Origin: Flavobacteriales bacterium
GTDB lineage: Bacteria > Bacteroidota > Bacteroidia > Flavobacteriales > BACL11
Direction: 5' to 3'
Length of the DNA stretch: 64,000 nucleotides
Assembly: GCA_014381465.1 (NCBI GenBank)
Contig: JACNLP010000042.1
Coordinates: forward strand, 64,220-128,219
Shown: positions 11,223 through 18,042 of the stretch, piece after piece
Numbering within the stretch: position 1 is the first letter of the stretch
How the letters are laid out: each line of letters begins with the position of its first letter
Notes under the pieces: model-generated
Databases searched by the model: none
Told to the model about the DNA's origin: nothing
The model's input: only the letters and a program-made list of their open reading frames with translations
Program-made: the position numbers and the translations under genes

Positions 11223-12535
11223 TGGGTATTTCAAACATTGTATTTTTAGTTGTATTTGCAATTGCAATTGGGTTTTTTACTAGAAACTTAAATAGGATTA
11301 TAGCAAATATAAAACTTGGAAGAGATATTGATAGATCAGATAGAACAAGGGATAGATGGAAAAATATGTTTCGAGTAGCAATGGGACAATCCAAAATGAC
11401 AAGAAGGCCAGTTGCTGGGATTTTACATATCATAGTTTATTTAGGTTTTCTTATCATCAATATTGAGATGATTGAAATTGTAGTTGATGGTATTTTTGGT
11501 ACACATAGATTTTTAGCTTCAGTACTACCAATTGGCTTATATAATTTCCTTATTGGTTCTTTTGAAGTATTAGCTATTTTAGTGCTTTTAGCATGTGCAA
11601 TCTTCTTGGTAAGAAGAAACATTATAAGAATAAAGCGTTTTTGGAGTAAGGAAATGACTTCTTGGCCAAGAACAGATGCGAACCTTATTCTTGTTTTTGA
11701 AATATTATTAATGTCAGCTTTCTTGATTATGAATGCTACTGATAGTTTATTAATTGCAGCTGGTGCTGAACATTATACCACTTCATTTTCTAATCCTATT
11801 AGTCAACATTTTCAGTTCTTTTTTAGTGGTTTAGAAACCTCAACTTTAGTTTTTATTGAGCGATTTGCTTGGTGGTTTCATATTCTAGGTATTTTAGGAT
11901 TTATGAATTATGTATTGATTTCTAAACACTTACATATTTTCTTTGCTTTCCCAAGTACATATTTTGCTAATTTAAATCCTTTAGGGCAGTTCAATAATTT
12001 AGAATCGGTTACTAATGAAGTGAAATTAATGATGGATCCTAATGCTGATCCGTATGCAGCACCACCTGCTGATGCTCCTGCACCAGAATCATTTGGAGCA
12101 AAGGATGCAACTGATTTAAATTGGGTTCAGTTATTAAATTCTTATAGTTGTACGGAATGTGGTAGATGTACTGATAATTGTCCTGCAAACCAGACTGGAA
12201 AATTACTTTCTCCAAGAAAAGTAATGATGGACACAAGAGATAGAATTACTGAAATAGCAGACAACAAAAGAAAAGGAGTAGAGGATACTAAAGCTTTATT
12301 AGGGGATTATATTACTGCAGAGGAATTATGGGCATGTACAAGTTGTAATGCTTGTACAGATGCTTGCCCGATTGAGTTAGATCCACTTTCTATCATTTTA
12401 GATATGAGAAGGTATTTAGTGATGGAAGAATCAGCTGCACCAACTGAGCTGAATATGATGTTTACAAATGTAGAAAATAATGGTGCTCCTTGGCAGTTCC
12501 CTGCATCAGATAGATTAAATTGGAAAGATGAGTAA
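11222..12535 (+). CDS. Membrane Fe-S oxidoreductase (FadF/HdrE-C-like half)
   Basis: Multiple TM helices, SKHLHI, two CxxCxxCxxxCP ferredoxin motifs. Confidence 0.85.
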   Translation: MGISNIVFLVVFAIAIGFFTRNLNRIIANIKLGRDIDRSDRTRDRWKNMFRVAMGQSKMTRRPVAGILHIIVYLGFLIINIEMIEIVVDGIFGTHRFLASVLPIGLYNFLIGSFEVLAILVLLACAIFLVRRNIIRIKRFWSKEMTSWPRTDANLILVFEILLMSAFLIMNATDSLLIAAGAEHYTTSFSNPISQHFQFFFSGLETSTLVFIERFAWWFHILGILGFMNYVLISKHLHIFFAFPSTYFANLNPLGQFNNLESVTNEVKLMMDPNADPYAAPPADAPAPESFGAKDATDLNWVQLLNSYSCTECGRCTDNCPANQTGKLLSPRKVMMDTRDRITEIADNKRKGVEDTKALLGDYITAEELWACTSCNACTDACPIELDPLSIILDMRRYLVMEESAAPTELNMMFTNVENNGAPWQFPASDRLNWKDE

Positions 12536-12944
12536 GTTAGTAGAGAAAATTGTGGATGGAGAGCATATTTCTCCTGTTTTGCCAGATGATATTAAGAATT
12601 ATTTGATTGATATTGATGGTACAATTTGTGATGATATTCCGAATGAAGAGCCAGAAAGGATGGTAACTGCAAAGTTATATCCTGATGCATTGGAAACTTT
12701 GAATAAATGGCATGAACAGGGGCATTACATTACTTTTTTTACATCTAGAGTTGAAGAACATAGGGAAGTAACGGAGGTGTGGTTGAAAGAAAATGGGTTT
12801 AAGTACCATGGACTGCTAATGGGTAAACCAAGAGGAGGAAATTACCATTGGGTAGATAATCATATTGTAAGAGCTACTAGGTTTGATGGGAAGTTTACTG
12901 ATTTGGTAGAAAAAGATGTAACAATTCAAGTTTTTAAATCATAA
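12528..12944 (+). CDS. Small HAD-superfamily phosphatase-like protein (LNS2-like)
   Basis: DIDGT motif I, FFTSR motif II, GKP...WVDN. Confidence 0.75.
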   Translation: MSKLVEKIVDGEHISPVLPDDIKNYLIDIDGTICDDIPNEEPERMVTAKLYPDALETLNKWHEQGHYITFFTSRVEEHREVTEVWLKENGFKYHGLLMGKPRGGNYHWVDNHIVRATRFDGKFTDLVEKDVTIQVFKS

Positions 12945-12948
12945 AGGA

Positions 12949-13728
12949 ATGAGTGAATTACAAGTAAAAACAATGGCCGAGTTTATGGCTGAAGGGAAAG
13001 AAGCTGAACTTCTTTTTTGGGTAGGAAGTGCAGGTAGTTTTGATGATAGAGCAAAAAAGATTACAAAAGCTTTTGTTCAAATTATGAATAAAGCAAATGT
13101 AAACTTTGGTGTATTAGGTTCAGAAGAATCATCAAGTGGAGATGCTGCAAAGCGTGCCGGAAATGAGTTTTTGTTCCAAATGCAAGCCATGATGAATATT
13201 GAGGTGATGAACGGCTATAATGTAAAACGAATTGTAACGACTTGCCCGCATTCGTATAATACTCTTAAAAACGAGTATAAAGGTTTGGGTGGTGATTATA
13301 AAGTACAGCATCACACTGAGTTTATAGCTGAACTTTTAGCTGAAGGGAAACTAAAGATTACAGGAAATTTAAACGGAACAAAGATTACTTATCATGACCC
13401 ATGTTATTTAGGGAGAGCCAATAATGTATATGATATCCCTAGGGAGTTGATTAAATCATTGGGTGTTGAGTTGGTGGAAATGAAAAGAAGTAAGCGTAAA
13501 TCATTCTGTTGTGGTGCAGGTGGTGCGCAAATGTTTAAAGAACCTGAAAATGGAGCGCAAGACATTAACATCAACCGTACAGAAGAAGCTTTAGGATTGA
13601 AACCAGATATTATTGCTACTGCTTGTCCGTTTTGTAATACTATGATGACAGATGGTGTGAAATCTGTAGATGAAGGAGCTGCAGAGGTAAAAGATATTGC
13701 TGAACTGATTGCAGAAAATATTTTGTAG
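12949..13728 (+). CDS. CCG-domain (Fe-S)-binding protein (HdrD/GlpC-like half)
   Basis: TYHDPCYLGR, FCCGAGG, ATACPFC. Confidence 0.85.
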   Translation: MSELQVKTMAEFMAEGKEAELLFWVGSAGSFDDRAKKITKAFVQIMNKANVNFGVLGSEESSSGDAAKRAGNEFLFQMQAMMNIEVMNGYNVKRIVTTCPHSYNTLKNEYKGLGGDYKVQHHTEFIAELLAEGKLKITGNLNGTKITYHDPCYLGRANNVYDIPRELIKSLGVELVEMKRSKRKSFCCGAGGAQMFKEPENGAQDININRTEEALGLKPDIIATACPFCNTMMTDGVKSVDEGAAEVKDIAELIAENIL

Positions 13729-13730
13729 TT

Positions 13731-13812
13731 TGTCATCCTGAATGAAATGAAGGATCTCGTTTTTTAATATGAATAATTTTAACTGAGATGTTTAGACAAT
13801 ATCAACATGACA
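13731..13812. repeat. Inverted doublet of TGTC-tagged palindromic repeats (REPIN-like)
   Basis: + copy TGTCATCCTGAATGAAATGAAGGATCTC (13731-13758) and - copy TGTCATGTTGATATTGTCTAAACATCTC (13785-13812), starting 3 nt after a stop codon. Confidence 0.85.
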
Positions 13813-13826
13813 AAAACACAATAACT

Positions 13827-14291
13827 ATGCTAACTGACTTTAACAACCTACCAGATTCCTCTCGTATTTGGGTGTATGCATCAGATGCTGCTCTTTCTGA
13901 GGAACAACAAAGAGTTATTTCTACAAAAATAGGGGAATATCTAAAAACTTGGGAGTACCATAAAAATCCACTTACTGCAGCTGTTACTATCTTAGAAAAC
14001 CACTTTATTATTATTGCATTAGATGACTCAGAATATGGAGTAGGAGGTTGTTCTATTGACTCTTTACAGAGAATAATTTTGGATTTAGAGAAAGAGTTAT
14101 CCTTGTCTTTTTTGAATAGGTTGAATGTATTTTGCAAAATTGATAATGAAATACAATGTATTCCTTCTTTTAAATTAGGAACTATTGCAAAAGCTGATAC
14201 CCTTTTTTATGACCTTACCATACTTACCAAAAGTGATTTGAACACTTATTTAAAACCAATTAGTAAGGGTTGGTGTGTACATTTGCTATAA
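13827..14291 (+). CDS. Conserved Bacteroidota hypothetical protein (often mislabelled 'ABC transporter ATPase')
   Basis: FNNLPDSSRIWVY and GGCSIDS motifs, no Walker A. ATG 13827 chosen because the 13788 ATG lies inside the repeat. Confidence 0.7.
   Translation: MLTDFNNLPDSSRIWVYASDAALSEEQQRVISTKIGEYLKTWEYHKNPLTAAVTILENHFIIIALDDSEYGVGGCSIDSLQRIILDLEKELSLSFLNRLNVFCKIDNEIQCIPSFKLGTIAKADTLFYDLTILTKSDLNTYLKPISKGWCVHLL
14171..14291 (+). repeat. Direct repeat, copy 1 (3' end of the 13827-14291 gene)
   Basis: Aligns without gaps to 15853-15973 (offset 1682), about 19 mismatches in 120 nt by manual count. Confidence 0.95.
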
Positions 14292-14365
14292 GTTAAGTTT
14301 AGCCTGTATAAGTAGTGTAACCTACTGAAAACCAAAACTTCCATTTTTTTTTACTCTTTTTTGTA

Positions 14366-14373
14366 TATCTTTG
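14366..14373 (+). promoter_or_regulatory. Bacteroidota -7 promoter element
   Basis: TATCTTTG matches TAnnTTTG, 28 nt upstream of ATG 14402. Confidence 0.55.
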
Positions 14374-14401
14374 GCATACAATAACCAATACATATATTGA
14401 G

Positions 14402-15187
14402 ATGAAAAAACTATTTACCCTTTTAGCAGCAGTACTTTTTACAATTCAGATACAGGCACAATGCATTACAGGGATGCCAAATGACACAGCTATTTGTAGT
14501 TATAATCTTGGTGGGGGCAATAGCCTTCCTTTTACATTAGGTGGTAACCCAAGTATTGTTGGGGGAGTAGCTCCTTTTAATTATTCTTGGTCTATTGATA
14601 CATTTACTGCATTTCCTTTCTCGCCAACTCTTAATTATGTTGTTTATGCTTCTCATTTTTTAGATGATACTACTTCTTCAAACCCAACTTTAAACTCTTT
14701 GTTTTATAGTGGTGGTTCTCAAGTTTTCTATCTTACTATTACAGATGCAAATGGACTAAGTTGTGTTGATACCTTTAGATGTCATAGTTCTGAGTGGATG
14801 ATTACTATGTGGGATGCTGGGGATAATGTAATTCTAGGAGATAGTATTGAAATATTTCCAAATGTTGGGATGGAAGGTGCAATTGCTCCATTTACTTATG
14901 TATGGTCACCATCAACCTTTCTTTCTGATACAACTGTGTGTTGTCCTTGGTCAAGTCCAACTACTTTTATTAGTTATTCGGTAGTTGTTACAGACTCTAT
15001 TGGTTGCCAGATTAGTTCGTCTTTTGATGTTTTTGTATTGCCGACATCAATTGAAGAACAAAGTCAAAACAAAACCCTTTTAAAAGTAACTGATGTACTG
15101 GGTAGAAAATCAAAGGGAACAAAAAACACACCTCTCTTTTACATATATGATGACGGAACTGTAGAAAAGAAAATAATAATAGAGTAA
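14402..15187 (+). CDS. Secreted PKD/Ig-like protein with short T9SS type A-like C-terminal signal
   Basis: Signal peptide MKKLFTLLAAVLF..QA; two GxxPFxYxWS...TDxxGC modules; tail LLKVTDVLGR...PLFYIYDDGTVEKKIIIE. Confidence 0.75.
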   Translation: MKKLFTLLAAVLFTIQIQAQCITGMPNDTAICSYNLGGGNSLPFTLGGNPSIVGGVAPFNYSWSIDTFTAFPFSPTLNYVVYASHFLDDTTSSNPTLNSLFYSGGSQVFYLTITDANGLSCVDTFRCHSSEWMITMWDAGDNVILGDSIEIFPNVGMEGAIAPFTYVWSPSTFLSDTTVCCPWSSPTTFISYSVVVTDSIGCQISSSFDVFVLPTSIEEQSQNKTLLKVTDVLGRKSKGTKNTPLFYIYDDGTVEKKIIIE

Positions 15188-15352
15188 TGTCATTGCGAAC
15201 AAAGTGAAGCATCTACAGTTATAAAAGTATATGTAGATTTTTCGGCTAACGCTAAAATGACATTCTTTAATAAAGTAATTGTCATTCTGAATGAAATGAA
15301 GAATCTACAGTTAATTGCATTTTTAGTTTCTTCACAAGTGCTCAGGAAGACA
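15188..15352. repeat. Two tandem inverted doublets of the TGTC-tagged palindrome (92-nt period)
   Basis: + copies at 15188-15217 and 15280-15309, both followed by GTTA; - copies at 15232-15262 and 15323-15352 (degenerate). Confidence 0.85.
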
Positions 15353-15383
15353 TTTTTTAGTTGATTTTTTTTAGAAATAAAAC

Positions 15384-15692
15384 ATGAAAGACCATAATTA
15401 CTTTGTCTATGTCATAACGAATAAAAGCAAATCAGTTTTATATACTGGCGTTACGAATGATTTAATTGTTAGATTACATCAACACAGGGAAGATGCTCTT
15501 GGTAATCAAAAACATTTTGCAGGAAGATATTCATGTTATTATCTTTTATTCTTTGAAAGGTTTGGAAATATTGACCAAGCAATTGCAAGGGAAAAACAAA
15601 TTAAAGGTTGGAAAAGAGAAAGAAAAATTGATTTAATATCATCCTTTAATAAGGATTGGAAATTTTTAAATGATACTATTGAAGAATTATAA
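15384..15692 (+). CDS. Stand-alone GIY-YIG nuclease (about 100 aa)
   Basis: YFVYVITN...LYTGVTNDLIVRLHQH...AIAREKQIKGWKRERKIDLI. Confidence 0.92.
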   Translation: MKDHNYFVYVITNKSKSVLYTGVTNDLIVRLHQHREDALGNQKHFAGRYSCYYLLFFERFGNIDQAIAREKQIKGWKRERKIDLISSFNKDWKFLNDTIEEL

Positions 15693-15702
15693 ATAAGGAA
15701 TT

Positions 15703-15734
15703 TGTAGATCCGTTCACATTCGTTCAGGATGACA
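15703..15734 (-). repeat. TGTC-tagged palindromic repeat downstream of the GIY-YIG gene
   Basis: Reverse complement reads TGTCATCCTGAACGAATGTGAACGGATCTACA. Confidence 0.85.
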
Positions 15735-15852
15735 CCTTTTTTTACAACTCAGAAAATCTCTTTATTTCTTTAATCTTGTTCTTTAAAAGAATACTGAAAT
15801 TTACCTTTTCTTTTAAGTTGTTTTTCTGTTTTATCTTTTGTCGTTTTGCTAT

Positions 15853-15973
15853 TAATTTAGGAACTATTGCAAATGCTGACACCCTTTTTTACGACCTTAC
15901 CATACTTACAAAAAGTGATTTGAACACTTATTTAAAACCTATAGAAGAGGGGTGGTGTAGTTGCTTTCTATAA
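15853..15973 (+). pseudogene. Direct repeat, copy 2: orphan 3' fragment of the 13827-14291 gene
   Basis: Encodes NLGTIANADTLFYDLTILTKSDLNTYLKPIEEGWCSCFL* versus KLGTIAKADTLFYDLTILTKSDLNTYLKPISKGWCVHLL*. Confidence 0.9.
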
Positions 15974-16020
15974 TGTTTATTTGCTTGTCGTTACGATTAA
16001 CTCGTTTTATAGAATTCGCC

Positions 16021-16785
16021 TTAACAAATGCTTTTTATCAACCTCAATTTATGTGTGTGATTTCCAATTTCAGTATTAAAAATTCCTTGTTGGTCAATCC
16101 TATCAATTCTAACTTTTCCTGATGCATGAATAATATGGTTATCCTCTAAGATAATACCAACATGAGTGATTTTTCCTTCATTGTTATCAAAAAAAGCTAA
16201 ATCACCAGCTTCTGATTCTTCTACAAAACTTAATGTAGTACCTACTTCAGCTTGTTGATATGCATCCCTTGGCAGATCAACTCCTTGCAATCTGTAAACC
16301 ATTTGAGTAAAACCAGAACAATCAATTCCTAGAGGAGAACGACCTCCCCATAAATAAGGGGCGTTTAAATACATTAAAGCATTTTCAACTATTTTTTCTT
16401 TTTTTATAAATCCTGGAGTTGTTAATCCATCAAATTGATACATTTCATTATTGATAAGAGCATGACCACTTTTGTAGGATGGTAATATGCTTCCAATAAC
16501 AATTGGTTGATGATGAGTTTTTGTAATAATGTCTAGGATATCTGTGGTGATTGTGGCAACCTCTTTATCTAATTGTTTGTAAATATCTTCCTGAATTTCC
16601 ACCCATTGCTTGTTGCATACCCATCCTTCATAGCTGTCATGAGCTAAACGGATTCTGCTCCATTTTTTTCGAACTTCTAAAACTTTAAAATGCTCCCCAA
16701 AAATAATTTGGTTCACCATTTCTGCCTGATCAGCAGCCTCAGCCCTCATTGGAACAATTGAAAGGTTAGAAATTCCGTATTTCAT
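16021..16785 (-). CDS. NlpC/P60 (C40) peptidase with N-terminal SH3 domain
   Basis: PYLWGGRSPLGIDCSGF, HVGI, IIHASG. Confidence 0.92.
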   Translation of the reverse strand: MKYGISNLSIVPMRAEAADQAEMVNQIIFGEHFKVLEVRKKWSRIRLAHDSYEGWVCNKQWVEIQEDIYKQLDKEVATITTDILDIITKTHHQPIVIGSILPSYKSGHALINNEMYQFDGLTTPGFIKKEKIVENALMYLNAPYLWGGRSPLGIDCSGFTQMVYRLQGVDLPRDAYQQAEVGTTLSFVEESEAGDLAFFDNNEGKITHVGIILEDNHIIHASGKVRIDRIDQQGIFNTEIGNHTHKLRLIKSIC

Positions 16786-17963
16786 TATATCAACTCAATA
16801 ACCATTGCAGAAGCACCACCACCACCATTACAAATTCCTGCAGCACCAACTTTACCACCATTTTGTTTTAAAACATTAATAAGTGTAACGATAATTCTTG
16901 ATCCTGAACTTCCTAGTGGATGTCCTAAAGAAACTGCACCACCATTTACATTTACCTTACTAGCATCTAAATCTAAAATTTTCATATTTGCTAAACCAAC
17001 TACTGAAAATGCTTCATTTAGTTCGCAATAATCAACATCAGTTGTTGTTAATCCTGCTTTTTTTAAAGCAATTGGTAATGCTTTAGCAGGAGCAGTAGTA
17101 AACCATTCTGGTTCATGAGCTGCATCAGCATAACTTACAATCTTAGCAAGAGGAGTAATGTTTAATTCTGCAGCTTTTTCAGCACTCATAAGTACTAATG
17201 CTGAGGCACCATCATTTAGTGTTGAAGCGTTAGCAGCTGTAACAGTTCCTTCTTTATCAAATACTGGGCGTAAAGCTGGGATTTTCTCCATTTTCACATT
17301 TTTATACTCCTCATCTTCAGTGATAACTAAAGCATCACCTCTTCTTTGAGGAACTTCAACAGAAACAATTTCATCAGAGAATTTTCCATCTTTCCATGAT
17401 TGTGTACTTCTGTTATATGATTCAATTGCAAAGGCATCTTGTTCTTCTCTTGTAAACTCCATTTCAGTAGCACATTTCTCTGCACAAACTCCCATGTGAA
17501 CTCTATTGTATACATCAGTTAAGCCATCTTTTACAAGACCATCAACTAACTTCATGTCTCCTAATTTCTGTCCTGTTCTTCCTTTTGCAAAATAATGAGG
17601 CACACTTGACATATTTTCCATTCCACCAGCAATTACAACATCATTATCTCCAGATAAAATTGTTTGTGCAGCAATCATTATCGATTTCATTCCTGAAGAA
17701 CATACTTTATTTATTGTAGTACAAGGTACATCTTGTGAAAGACCAGCAAACATTGCAGCTTGCCTAGCTGGGGCTTGCCCTAGATTTGCTTGCAAAACAT
17801 TTCCCATAAAAACTTCATCAACAATTTTATTGTCAATTCCTGCTTTTTTAATTGCTCCTTTTATTGCTGATGCTCCTAATTTTGTAGCAGATACTGATGA
17901 TAAACTTCCTCCAAAACTTCCCATTGGAGTACGCACTGCTGATACAATTACTACTTCTTTCAT
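16785..17963 (-). CDS. Acetyl-CoA C-acetyltransferase (thiolase)
   Basis: NKVCSSGMK, NEAF, GHPLGSSG, ICNGGGG. Confidence 0.95.
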   Translation of the reverse strand: MKEVVIVSAVRTPMGSFGGSLSSVSATKLGASAIKGAIKKAGIDNKIVDEVFMGNVLQANLGQAPARQAAMFAGLSQDVPCTTINKVCSSGMKSIMIAAQTILSGDNDVVIAGGMENMSSVPHYFAKGRTGQKLGDMKLVDGLVKDGLTDVYNRVHMGVCAEKCATEMEFTREEQDAFAIESYNRSTQSWKDGKFSDEIVSVEVPQRRGDALVITEDEEYKNVKMEKIPALRPVFDKEGTVTAANASTLNDGASALVLMSAEKAAELNITPLAKIVSYADAAHEPEWFTTAPAKALPIALKKAGLTTTDVDYCELNEAFSVVGLANMKILDLDASKVNVNGGAVSLGHPLGSSGSRIIVTLINVLKQNGGKVGAAGICNGGGGASAMVIELI

Positions 17964-18042
17964 TATATAAATATTTAGATTTTTAGATTTGGTGCGAATT
18001 TAGGTAAATTATACTTATTTTCGCTACTGACATTAACTCATT

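Noticed and set aside
13788..13826. N-terminal extension of the 167-aa ORF
   Set aside because: The ATG lies inside the palindromic repeat; the recognisable family sequence starts at 13827.
15188..15352. CRISPR array or integron attC sites
   Set aside because: Copies alternate in orientation and are degenerate, with no unique constant-length spacers, no cas or intI gene, and no RYYYAAC/GTTRRRY ends.
14171..15973. Diversity-generating retroelement TR/VR pair
   Set aside because: Mismatches are not confined to adenines of one copy, many are synonymous third-position changes, and there is no reverse transcriptase in the window.
15776..15973. 65-aa ORF as a real gene
   Set aside because: It is a TTG-started chimera of low-complexity sequence and the duplicated gene tail.
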